Shown here: in pieces, positions 17,959 through 26,328 of the stretch
Position numbering within the stretch: the first letter of the stretch is position 1
Layout: each line of letters begins with the position of its first letter
DNA from: an uncultured Chitinophagaceae bacterium
Lineage (GTDB): Bacteria; Bacteroidota; Bacteroidia; Chitinophagales; CAIOSU01
Direction: 5' to 3'
DNA length: 26,828 bases
NCBI GenBank assembly: GCA_964408105.1
Contig: CAYOYI010000003.1
Location: 1-26,828 of the forward strand
Notes under the pieces: model-generated
What the model saw: only the letters and a program-made list of their open reading frames with translations
The model's database searches: none
What the model was told of the DNA's origin: nothing
Translations under genes and position numbers: made by a program

Positions 17959-18210
17959 ATGAGAACAAAATTGTGGCTCGTACTTCTGGTTATCGTGATC
18001 GTTTTCATGATATTTCCTGCATTGGCACAATGCCCCATGTGCAAGGCATCAGTGGAATCATCAATGAAGGAGGGCAGCACGGCTGCAGTTGGCATCAATC
18101 GCGGGATTCTTTATTTGCTCTCCATGCCGTATCTGCTTTTCAGCGTCATTTTCCTGCTTTGGTATAGGCATTACAGGAGACACTCAAATATCCCCCAACA
18201 TTGGCCTTAG
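17959..18210 (+). CDS. Small exported, membrane-anchored protein with N-terminal QCPMC motif (function unknown)
   Basis: 83 aa from ATG 17959. Signal peptide ends ALA|Q, followed by CPMC, a short polar segment, GINRGILYLLSMPY, a TM helix and a basic stop-transfer sequence (YRHYRR). Confidence 0.8.
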   Translation: MRTKLWLVLLVIVIVFMIFPALAQCPMCKASVESSMKEGSTAAVGINRGILYLLSMPYLLFSVIFLLWYRHYRRHSNIPQHWP

Positions 18211-18882
18211 CACAATATCTTCAACAACCGATCTTTCCGAGAGGGAATAAATACTGAAGATAGTGTCTGCAATGTCCCTTGCATCCATGAATCTTTTTTC
18301 CGGAAGGTTTGAGCCTTCCCATGATGGGGTGTAGGTTGCTCCGGGAAATAATGAGGTAACGCGGATGTTGTGGGGCTTCAATTCTTCACGTAATGCGCGG
18401 GAGAAGCCGAGCAAGGCATGTTTGGAGATAGAGTAAGAGCCTCCATTCGGATAAGCCTTAAGCGCTGCTACAGAGCACATATTAAAAACATGTCCCGACT
18501 TGTTCGGAAGCATTAATTCGAGTACCTCACGTGTCAGGTAGTATGCGCTGTAAAGGTTCACTTTCATCAGGTCTTCCATCAACCCGTCTTCCTCTTCGAT
18601 AACAAGACCGGGTAAAAAGATTCCCGCGTTATTCACCAGCACATCAAGTTTCTTCCAGGCCTTTTTGATCTTTCTTGCAAACGCTTTCAACTGTTTCTTT
18701 TCTGAAACATCACATTGAACGGCAAGTACTTTGCAGTCGAATTTGGATTTTAGCTGGTGGGCAAGAGCGTCCAGATCACCCTTACTTCTGGCGCAGACCG
18801 CTAACTGTGCGCCTTCTTCGGCAAATTTTTCTGCAATAGCACGGCCTAATCCTTTGGTTGCCCCTGTAACGATAACATTCAT
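18184..18882 (-). CDS. Short-chain dehydrogenase/reductase (classical SDR)
   Basis: TGATKGLG, NNAG, catalytic Ser (CSVA) and YSISK (YxxxK). ATG 18882 is preferred because the longer ORF overlaps mlaE. Confidence 0.93.
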   Translation of the reverse strand: MNVIVTGATKGLGRAIAEKFAEEGAQLAVCARSKGDLDALAHQLKSKFDCKVLAVQCDVSEKKQLKAFARKIKKAWKKLDVLVNNAGIFLPGLVIEEEDGLMEDLMKVNLYSAYYLTREVLELMLPNKSGHVFNMCSVAALKAYPNGGSYSISKHALLGFSRALREELKPHNIRVTSLFPGATYTPSWEGSNLPEKRFMDARDIADTIFSIYSLSERSVVEDIVLRPMLGDI

Positions 18883-18925
18883 GATCTTAGTTAATGTGCC
18901 GGTCAAAATAACTAAAAAAATCAGG

Positions 18926-18933
18926 TATTTTTG
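18926..18933 (+). promoter_or_regulatory. Bacteroidota -7 promoter box for mlaE-mlaF-lgt-P450
   Basis: Exact TAnnTTTG (TATTTTTG) 14 nt upstream of the mlaE ATG, in the divergent intergenic region. Confidence 0.55.
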
Positions 18934-18947
18934 ATTGCGCGTAAAGG

Positions 18948-19685
18948 ATGACATTTTTCTATCATTTTGGGCGATACCTGATGCTGATTGGCCGGTGCTT
19001 TTCGAGGCCCGAGAAATTCGTAATGTACTGGAAGGAACTGGTAAGGCAGATGACCCAGATCGGAGTTGGGTCGCTTGGTATCATATCTATCATGTCTCTT
19101 TTTATCGGGGCGGTAACAGCCGTTCAGTTCTCGTATCAATTAAGTGGCACCTTTGTTCCAATGTGGTGGGTGGGTTTCATTGTGAGAGACTCTATGATAC
19201 TTGAGCTTGCACCAACTTTTTCATGTCTGTTGCTTGCCGGAAAAGTTGGTTCTAACCTTGCGTCTGAGTTGGGTTCCATGCGCAACACCGAGCAGATAGA
19301 TGCGCTTGAGATCATGGGAGTAAACACTTCAGGTTATTTGGTCGGGCCTAAAATTTTAGCTTCCGTTATCGTTTTCCCTTTGCTTATTATTTTCTCAGTG
19401 TTCTTCGGAATCTTCGGAGGTATGTTTGCCGGCAGCACTATTGGCTTGTATTCCGTTGCTGAATATGTCAGGGGGTTACAGGATGATCTTAATCCTTTCG
19501 ATGTTCAGGTGATGTTTATAAAAACCGTGACTTTCGGATTCATCATCACATCCATTTCATGCTACCAGGGATTTCATGTCACAGGTGGCGCGCTTGAAAT
19601 AGGAAAGGCAAGCACAAGAGCCGTGGTTTTCAGCAGCATCGTATTGATCATTTCAAACTTCCTTATTGCGGCATTGGTGCTATGA
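18948..19685 (+). CDS. mlaE: MlaE-family ABC transporter permease
   Basis: GAVTAVQF, ELAPTF..LLLAGKVGS, ELGSMRNTEQIDALEIMG and GGALEIGKASTRAVV. Confidence 0.93.
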   Translation: MTFFYHFGRYLMLIGRCFSRPEKFVMYWKELVRQMTQIGVGSLGIISIMSLFIGAVTAVQFSYQLSGTFVPMWWVGFIVRDSMILELAPTFSCLLLAGKVGSNLASELGSMRNTEQIDALEIMGVNTSGYLVGPKILASVIVFPLLIIFSVFFGIFGGMFAGSTIGLYSVAEYVRGLQDDLNPFDVQVMFIKTVTFGFIITSISCYQGFHVTGGALEIGKASTRAVVFSSIVLIISNFLIAALVL

Positions 19686-20437
19686 TCGAGATCAAGAATC
19701 TTTTCAAATCTTTCGGAAGTCAGGATGTGCTGCAGGACATTTCTCTGACGTGTGAGCCCGGCAAAACCAACCTGGTCATCGGTCGGAGCGGTTCTGGCAA
19801 AACTGTGCTAATGAAATGCATGGTCGGATTACTGGAAGCCGACCGGGGTGAGATTCTTTATGACGGAAGGAATTTTGTGACCATGGACAGAAAAGAAAAG
19901 AAAGCAATACGTATGGAATTCGGAATGCTCTTTCAGGGAAATGCACTGTTTGATTCCATGACGGTTGAACAAAATGTGCGCTTCCCTTTGGATATGTTCT
20001 CCGCGATGACCGCAAAAGAGAAAAAAAAAAGAGTGGATGAGGTGCTGCACCAGGTGAATCTTGAAGGCGCCCACAATAAATTTCCTGACGAGATAAGTGG
20101 TGGAATGAAAAAAAGGGTAGGTATTGCACGAGCCATCGTGCTGAATCCAAAATATTTATTTTGCGATGAACCGAACTCCGGCCTCGACCCCAAGACCGCT
20201 ATAATCATCGATGATTTGATTCACGACCTCACAACAGAATTGAAGATCACTACCGTTGTGAATACACACGACATGAATTCCGTAATGGGCATTGGCGATA
20301 AAGTGGTTTTCCTGTACCAGGGGAAGAAGCATTGGGAGGGAAGCAATAAGGCTGTCCTGAATACAGACAATCCCGAACTAAACGATTTCATTTTTGCATC
20401 GAAATTCCTCAAGGAGCTGAAGGAGAGCAGGGCATGA
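19682..20437 (+). CDS. mlaF: MlaF-family ABC transporter ATP-binding protein
   Basis: Walker A GRSGSGKT, Q-loop LFQ, signature ISGGMKKR, Walker B LFCDEP and H-loop THD. It overlaps the mlaE stop by 4 nt. Confidence 0.93.
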   Translation: MIEIKNLFKSFGSQDVLQDISLTCEPGKTNLVIGRSGSGKTVLMKCMVGLLEADRGEILYDGRNFVTMDRKEKKAIRMEFGMLFQGNALFDSMTVEQNVRFPLDMFSAMTAKEKKKRVDEVLHQVNLEGAHNKFPDEISGGMKKRVGIARAIVLNPKYLFCDEPNSGLDPKTAIIIDDLIHDLTTELKITTVVNTHDMNSVMGIGDKVVFLYQGKKHWEGSNKAVLNTDNPELNDFIFASKFLKELKESRA

Positions 20438-20461
20438 GTTTCTTTAACTAAAACCAGTAAG

Positions 20462-21625
20462 ATGTTTTCACGTTGTTACGCCACCATATCTGACCTAATA
20501 CTTGATCTTACCGGGGTTAATGTTCCGCTGCCGATCTTCAGCTACGGTTTTTTTGTTGCGCTGGGATTTCTTGCAGCGGCTTATATCCTCTCGCTTGAGC
20601 TGAAGCGAAAGGAGAAGGAAGGATTGGTGAAGCAGTTCAAGAAAAAAATAATCGTTGGGATGCCTGCGTCCCCGCTTGAGATCGGGCTGAATGCGTTGAT
20701 TGGTTTTGTGCTGGGCTTTAAGCTGGTTTTGATCATTATGAATTACAGCGAGTTTGCAGCCAATCCGCAGGAGGTGCTGCTTTCCGGTCAGGGTAACTGG
20801 CCGGGAGGAATTGCAGGCGCCCTGCTCCTCGGATATTTGAAATTCCATGAAAAGAATAAAACCAAGCTTGCGCAACCGCAAACCGAGACAATAGAAGTAC
20901 ACCCGCATGAAACCGTGGGAGATCTGACGATCGTAGCAGCGATCTCGGGAATTCTAGGGGCTAAGATCTTTTACTTCTTTGAAAGCCCCGGCAACTTCAG
21001 CGATTTTCTTGCTGATCCGTTCGGCTCGTTTTTCGGGGGACTGACCGTATATGGCGGTTTGATTCTCGGCACCATTTGCGTGTCATGGTATGCATGGAAA
21101 CGCGGAATGAATCCCCTTCATATTGCTGACGGAGCAGCACCCGGATTATTTCTTGCCTACACCTTCGGGCGTATGGGGTGCCAGGTTTCAGGCGATGGCG
21201 ACTGGGGAATTGTAAACACAATAGACAAGCCATCGTGGCTTAGCTGGCTTCCAGACAGGATGTGGTCGTTCACCTACCCGCATAATATTATTAATGAAGG
21301 AGTACGGATGCCCGGGTGTGCGGAAGCGCATTGTTACATGCTGCCGGAAGGAGTTTTCCCAACTCCGATCTATGAATCAACCACAACGCTGCTATTGTTT
21401 TTCGCGCTCTGGATGGTTAGAAAACGCATCACCATTCCAGGAGTGATGATCTCGATATATTTTATTCTCGCGGGAATACAGCGCTATTTCATCGAGATGA
21501 TCCGTGTGAATACCGATCTTAATTTCCTTGGAATAGACATGACCCAGGCGGAATTTATTTCCATCCTGTATGTATTGGTAGGAGTAGTCGGCATCATCTA
21601 TTTCACGCGAAGGGCCAAGTCTTAA
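20462..21625 (+). CDS. lgt: Prolipoprotein diacylglyceryl transferase, variant type
   Basis: SYGFFVALG, ILGAKIFY, GLTVYGG, GRMGCQVSGDGDWG, PTPIYE and RYFIEMIR. Confidence 0.88.
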   Translation: MFSRCYATISDLILDLTGVNVPLPIFSYGFFVALGFLAAAYILSLELKRKEKEGLVKQFKKKIIVGMPASPLEIGLNALIGFVLGFKLVLIIMNYSEFAANPQEVLLSGQGNWPGGIAGALLLGYLKFHEKNKTKLAQPQTETIEVHPHETVGDLTIVAAISGILGAKIFYFFESPGNFSDFLADPFGSFFGGLTVYGGLILGTICVSWYAWKRGMNPLHIADGAAPGLFLAYTFGRMGCQVSGDGDWGIVNTIDKPSWLSWLPDRMWSFTYPHNIINEGVRMPGCAEAHCYMLPEGVFPTPIYESTTTLLLFFALWMVRKRITIPGVMISIYFILAGIQRYFIEMIRVNTDLNFLGIDMTQAEFISILYVLVGVVGIIYFTRRAKS

Positions 21626-21638
21626 GAGTCAGTCGCAA

Positions 21639-23021
21639 GTGCAAATAATTATCAATAAACGACAGTTTTCCAAACGTTACCATCTTCCTCCGTCTCCTCA
21701 AAGAGAACACTGGCTCTTTGGAAGTGGTTATTATTTCGCTACGGATGCCATTCCTTTTCTATTAGAGAACTGTCCGCAGTTTGATGGTATCATGTGGGTG
21801 ACATCACGTTTTGAAAAGCTTATTGTAGTATATCAGCCTGATTACATCAGGCATGTGTTGCAGGAAAATAACCGCAACTATGTAAAGAGCTTTGGCTATG
21901 ATGTGCTGAAGCTGTTGTTAGGTGAAGGCCTTCTCACCAGTGAAGGTGAATTCTGGATGAAGCAGCGCAGGCTCATTCAGCCTGCATTCAGCCGTGACAG
22001 GCTGAATTCTGTTTTCACTACTATGACCGATTGTGTGCAGGATACAATCAATGACCTTGATAAGAAGCGTCAGCAGGGCCCGGTGAACTTGCAAAAGGAG
22101 ATGATGGGGCTGGCGCTGAATATTGTTGCGCGCTCCCTTTTCAGCTCGGATGTGAAAGACATGATCGCAGAAGTGGGGGAGAATATGGATATTGCCAATG
22201 AATCTGCGATTGACCGTATTCGTGACCCGTTCCGGCCGCCACAATGGTTCCCGACACCCATGAATATCAGCGAGAAGCGCGCCATTAAGGTGCTTGACGG
22301 TATCATGATGCGCATCATCGAATCGAGGCGCAAGTCTGGTGAGGATCATCCTGACCTGATGGGTATGCTCATGGCTGCGCAGGATGAAGATACCGGTGAG
22401 CGTATGACCGACAAGCAACTACGTGATGAGGCCATGACCATCTTCCTTGCGGGTCACGAAACTACCGCTCTTGCCTTGACGTGGCTGTGGTATTGCCTGC
22501 ATAATAATCCGGAAGAGGAAAAGAAAGTGAGAGAAGAGGCAAAGCGCGTGCTCAATGGACGTACGCCCGTTGCGGAAGACCTGCACAAGCTGGAATACAC
22601 CCGCATGGTGATTGATGAATCACTGCGCCTTTATCCTCCGGCATGGATGGTAGGGAGAAGAGCCCTGGCAGCAGATAAACTTGGCGATTATGACGTTCCT
22701 AAAGATTTCAACGTGCTGATCCCAAGCTTCATCGTGCACCGCGACCCGCGGTGGTGGGATGAGCCGGAAAAATTCGACCCTACGCGTTTCACAAAAGAGA
22801 AAGTCAAGAACCGCCATAAGTTCGCCTACTTCCCCTTTGGCGGTGGGCAGCGCCTTTGCGTGGGAAATAATTTCGCCATCATGGAAATGCAGCTTGCCGT
22901 AGCCATGCTCGTGCAGAAATTCAGTTTCAGGAAGATTGATGACACCGACCCGGGCTTAGACCCGCTTATCACATTACGGCCGAAGAGGAAGGTAATGATG
23001 GAGGTGGAGGAGTCAGCCTGA
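21639..23021 (+). CDS. Cytochrome P450 (soluble)
   Basis: GEGLLTSEG, I-helix AGHETT, ExxR (ESLR), FDPTRF and heme-binding FGGGQRLCVG. GTG start, and the exact start is uncertain. Confidence 0.96.
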   Translation: MQIIINKRQFSKRYHLPPSPQREHWLFGSGYYFATDAIPFLLENCPQFDGIMWVTSRFEKLIVVYQPDYIRHVLQENNRNYVKSFGYDVLKLLLGEGLLTSEGEFWMKQRRLIQPAFSRDRLNSVFTTMTDCVQDTINDLDKKRQQGPVNLQKEMMGLALNIVARSLFSSDVKDMIAEVGENMDIANESAIDRIRDPFRPPQWFPTPMNISEKRAIKVLDGIMMRIIESRRKSGEDHPDLMGMLMAAQDEDTGERMTDKQLRDEAMTIFLAGHETTALALTWLWYCLHNNPEEEKKVREEAKRVLNGRTPVAEDLHKLEYTRMVIDESLRLYPPAWMVGRRALAADKLGDYDVPKDFNVLIPSFIVHRDPRWWDEPEKFDPTRFTKEKVKNRHKFAYFPFGGGQRLCVGNNFAIMEMQLAVAMLVQKFSFRKIDDTDPGLDPLITLRPKRKVMMEVEESA

Positions 23022-23030
23022 CAAAGTATT

Positions 23031-24344
23031 TCAGAACAGCTCCTTCTGAGCTTCCTTCACATCTTCGTTTTCCGTTATCGTTCTGTCTAACCATTTTTGC
23101 GGAATGGTCTTGGTGTTTTCAGCGCCAAGCTCTTTTAGCTTTTCTACTCTTCTCAACAAACTGCCTTGTCCGGTGAGTTTGGTCATGGCGTTGGAGTAAG
23201 CGTCTTGGGTGGATTTTATTTTTTTACCGATCTCTTCAAGGTCAGCCAGCAGTCCGGCAAACTTGTCGTACAGCGCGCCTGCCTGTTTCGCGATCTCACG
23301 CACATTTTGATTTTGGTATTCCTGCTTCCACATCGAGGCTATAGTGCGCAAGGTCGCCAGCAGGGTAGTGGGGCTGATGACCACGATGTTCTTATCAAGC
23401 GCTTCCTGGAAAAGTGTGTTATCAGTTTGCAATGCAATACCGAATGCAGGCTCGATAGGAATGAACATCAGCACGAAGTCAGGGCTGTGCTCGTAGATGT
23501 GCTGGTAATTCTTTTCCCCAAGCTGCTTGATGTGCCTGCGTATAGATTGAATATGATTGCGAAGGTGTGTCTGCCGCTCCTCCTCATTTTCCCCGGCAGT
23601 GAATTTTTCATAATCCACCAGCGAAACTTTGGAATCAATAATGATCCGCTTATCTTCCGGCAGCTTGATGATAACATCGGGTTGCACCCTGCGGCCTTCC
23701 TCCGTGAGGAATCTTTGCTGAATGATATATTCCCGTCCTTTCGTCAATCCTGATTTTTCAAGGATGCTCTCCAGGATCACTTCTCCCCACGCACCTTGCG
23801 CTTTCGTATCACCTTTCAGCGCTTTCGTCAGGTTCTTAGCTTCCTCGCTCATCTGCTGATTGAGTTCTTTCAAATTGTGCAACTGTTGTATCAATCGTGA
23901 GTTACGGTCAATCGCTTCCTTATTCGTATCCTCTACCTTTCTTTCAAAATCGGTCAGCTTTTCACGAAGAGGTTTTAATATCTCATCAATATTTTGCTTG
24001 TTCTGCTCGGTGAATTTTTTGCTCTTGTCTTCGAGCAGCTCGTTGGCTATGTTTTTGAATTCCGATTTAAACTGATCCTGGAGTTTTTCCACTTCCTGCT
24101 TTTGTTCCTGCAAGCGGGTCTGTAAATTCTGATAATCAGCAGAAAGGCGGGAGTTCTTGTTATCGGCCTCACGAAATAGCTGTCTTTCCTTTTCAAGCTG
24201 GATATTAATACCATCGAGTCCTTCGGAAAGCAACGTATTGCGCTCTTCAAGCTTGCTAATGGTGCCTTCAAATTTTGAACGCATGAAGAACCATGTGATC
24301 AATCCACCCAATATCAGCCCAATAAATAAAAAAACAATCTCCAT
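23031..24344 (-). CDS. rmuC: DNA recombination protein RmuC
   Basis: N-terminal TM anchor, long coiled coil, QGAWGEVILESILEKSGL, PDVII...IDSKV nuclease-like motif and DFVLMFIPIEPAF. Confidence 0.93.
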   Translation of the reverse strand: MEIVFLFIGLILGGLITWFFMRSKFEGTISKLEERNTLLSEGLDGINIQLEKERQLFREADNKNSRLSADYQNLQTRLQEQKQEVEKLQDQFKSEFKNIANELLEDKSKKFTEQNKQNIDEILKPLREKLTDFERKVEDTNKEAIDRNSRLIQQLHNLKELNQQMSEEAKNLTKALKGDTKAQGAWGEVILESILEKSGLTKGREYIIQQRFLTEEGRRVQPDVIIKLPEDKRIIIDSKVSLVDYEKFTAGENEEERQTHLRNHIQSIRRHIKQLGEKNYQHIYEHSPDFVLMFIPIEPAFGIALQTDNTLFQEALDKNIVVISPTTLLATLRTIASMWKQEYQNQNVREIAKQAGALYDKFAGLLADLEEIGKKIKSTQDAYSNAMTKLTGQGSLLRRVEKLKELGAENTKTIPQKWLDRTITENEDVKEAQKELF

Positions 24345-24383
24345 GTTTGAATAAAAAATAAAGATAGGATTTTGGAATCCGAA

Positions 24384-25487
24384 TTACGAGGCAGGCAATT
24401 TCACCTCGTCCACTTTCTCGTTCATGATCTCCGTTTGCTGCCGGATGGATTCCTGGTGGATGAGCTGGAATATTTTCAGGATGAGCTCATCGGATAACCC
24501 AAGTTCACGAGCCAGTTCGGTTCTGGTCTCCACAATGTTGTTCCATCGTTCGGGTTGAAGAACGGCAATGTTGTTTTCCTTTTTGAAGAAACCGATTTGC
24601 TCAATGACCGCCAATCGCTCCTTCAGCGCACGAATAAGCTCATCATCATGCTTGTCAACGATCTCGCGTAGTTCACGAAGCGTTGCCTTTAGTTTTCTGT
24701 CTGAAGTACTTTTTTCCCGGATAACGAGATTGCTGAGAATTTGACCGGCTGCATCGGGAGTCAGTTGTTGTTCACGGTCACTCATCGCACGGTCAGGGTT
24801 GGGATGCACTTCTATCATCAATCCGTCAAAGTTCAAATCCATGGCCTGTTGTGCAACCTGCGGTATAAGATCGCGCCTCCCGCAAATGTGGCTCGGATCA
24901 CAAATGATGGGAAGCTCAGGGAAAAGCCGCTTCAGCTCGATGGGCAGTTCCCACATCGGCTTGTTGCGGTATTTGTTTTTCTCGAACGATGAGAACCCGC
25001 GGTGGATGGCAATGATCTTTTTGATGCCGGCATTGCTGATCCTTTCTATCGCTCCGATCCATAAGTTCAGGTCAGGCGTGATGGGGTTTTTGATCATCAC
25101 CGGAACATCAACACCTCGTAATGCGTCAGCGATTTCCTGAACTGTAAACGGATTAACTGTTGACCGCGCGCCAATCCAGAGCACATCGATATCGTGTTTA
25201 AGGCAAAGCTCCACATGGCGGGCCTTTGCAACTTCAACGGTAGTTCTTAATCCGGTTTCGTTTTTTACTTTTTGAAGCCATTTCAAACCAACAGTGCCCA
25301 CACCTTCAAAAGCTCCGGGGCGAGTGCGGGGTTTCCAGATGCCGGTGCGGAACAGTGCTATGTTCAGCTTTTTAAGCGCATGTGCGGTTTTCAGAACCTG
25401 ATCTTCTGTTTCCGCGCTGCAGGGCCCGGATATCAGGATAGGCCTTGTCTCCGGGAAATCTGATTCTGAAAGGGTTGCGAACTTCAA
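24384..25487 (-). CDS. Bifunctional DAHP synthase (I-beta-like) / C-terminal AroQ chorismate mutase
   Basis: GPCSAE, KPRTRPGAFEG, WIGARS, HRGFS, DPSHICG and IEVH...A.SD..QQ. The C-terminal CM domain reads LRELREIVDKHD..LI..LKER...IG..K. TTG start. Confidence 0.93.
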   Translation of the reverse strand: MKFATLSESDFPETRPILISGPCSAETEDQVLKTAHALKKLNIALFRTGIWKPRTRPGAFEGVGTVGLKWLQKVKNETGLRTTVEVAKARHVELCLKHDIDVLWIGARSTVNPFTVQEIADALRGVDVPVMIKNPITPDLNLWIGAIERISNAGIKKIIAIHRGFSSFEKNKYRNKPMWELPIELKRLFPELPIICDPSHICGRRDLIPQVAQQAMDLNFDGLMIEVHPNPDRAMSDREQQLTPDAAGQILSNLVIREKSTSDRKLKATLRELREIVDKHDDELIRALKERLAVIEQIGFFKKENNIAVLQPERWNNIVETRTELARELGLSDELILKIFQLIHQESIRQQTEIMNEKVDEVKLPAS

Positions 25488-25509
25488 ATGATGCAGTTTA
25501 TAGAGAAAA

Positions 25510-25517
25510 CAAAATTA
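25510..25517 (-). promoter_or_regulatory. -7 promoter box for DAHP synthase-CM (and probably rmuC)
   Basis: The + strand CAAAATTA reads TAATTTTG on the - strand, an exact TAnnTTTG, 22 nt upstream of the TTG start. Confidence 0.55.
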
Positions 25518-25551
25518 ATAAACTTGTGTTCAGGCTAAGATGCATCTTATA

Positions 25552-25559
25552 TAAGTTTG
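25552..25559 (+). promoter_or_regulatory. -7 promoter box for the 250-aa hypothetical gene
   Basis: Exact TAnnTTTG (TAAGTTTG followed by C), 16 nt upstream of ATG 25576. Confidence 0.6.
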
Positions 25560-25575
25560 CAGCAAGCTTTAAAGA

Positions 25576-26328
25576 ATGGCAGATACTAAAACGGACAAAG
25601 CTCAGCTTGGTGCGCATCTGATAGATAAATATCGCGAAACAATCGCGTTGCGATATGATTATGCCTTTTTATCCGAAAACTTTGAGTTGTCCGATAAATT
25701 GAATGAGGATGTGGTGGAAGCACTTAGAAACTATTTCCTGGACTGTTTGTATCCAACTGCTGTCGAGCGGCAAAAAGTGGATGATGCTTTTGAAAGTTTA
25801 AGGTCGTTTGTTCAAAAGCCGGCAAAGACATGGGCGCTTTTGGGAAATATGGCGAGTGCCATTTTTAAGTTTGGGATGCAGTTCCCGCAGGCGTTGAAGG
25901 CTGGAATAGTTTCACTGGAGTCTTATTTAGATGCGAAGCGGTTTGAAAATGATTTGCTGAAAGCAGCTATCGAGATGCGGCTGGAAGCTCCGATCTCAAA
26001 TGAACAATTTGAAAAATGCATCGCAAAACTGCCGAGACGTGAATTAAATCTGTTCGTCAGCCACATCATCTCGCTTTTTCAATCCATGGCCAATACCAAG
26101 CTTTTGGGAAAAACCATTTCTATAATGCATGATGTGCTGAGCAAAGTGAAGAAAAATAAACGTCTATATTCCAAGGATGATGCGGATGGCATTGCGCTCG
26201 GGATTTCTATTTTGCAAAGCGGGTACGACCTTTTTAGCCATTATCCCGATAGTCTGAAGTCTGAAATTATCTCCGTCATCCGTGCAAACGAAAGGAGATA
26301 TTTGGAAAGAATTTTCGCTGAAGAGTAA
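25576..26328 (+). CDS. Hypothetical protein, 250 aa, probably all-alpha and cytoplasmic
   Basis: Long ORF filling the gap between known genes, with its own promoter box and an A-rich ATG context. No signal peptide or family motif recognised. Confidence 0.85.
   Translation: MADTKTDKAQLGAHLIDKYRETIALRYDYAFLSENFELSDKLNEDVVEALRNYFLDCLYPTAVERQKVDDAFESLRSFVQKPAKTWALLGNMASAIFKFGMQFPQALKAGIVSLESYLDAKRFENDLLKAAIEMRLEAPISNEQFEKCIAKLPRRELNLFVSHIISLFQSMANTKLLGKTISIMHDVLSKVKKNKRLYSKDDADGIALGISILQSGYDLFSHYPDSLKSEIISVIRANERRYLERIFAEE

Noticed and set aside
18883-18954. N-terminal extension of the SDR in the ORF track
   Set aside because: It overlaps the mlaE start and promoter. The Rossmann motif begins right after ATG 18882.
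21639-23021. P450 as a recent horizontal acquisition based on higher GC in its 3' half
   Set aside because: Spot counts (25/60 at 21721-21780 and 34/60 at 22321-22380) fall within the scatter seen elsewhere (33/60 at 61-120, 22/60 at 4561-4620). No mobility genes or flanking repeats were seen.
23166-23753. 195-aa antisense ORF, and similar shadow ORFs (10647-11156, 21918-22418, 17754-18167, 19776-20150, 878-1298)
   Set aside because: They lie opposite or across well-supported genes, have no motifs and are expected from codon bias.
24384-25487. Functional link between DAHP synthase-CM and menaquinone supply for ACIII
   Set aside because: It is on the opposite strand, 7 kb from the operon, with no men/mqn genes in the window. 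The fusion is a known Bacteroidota housekeeping enzyme.
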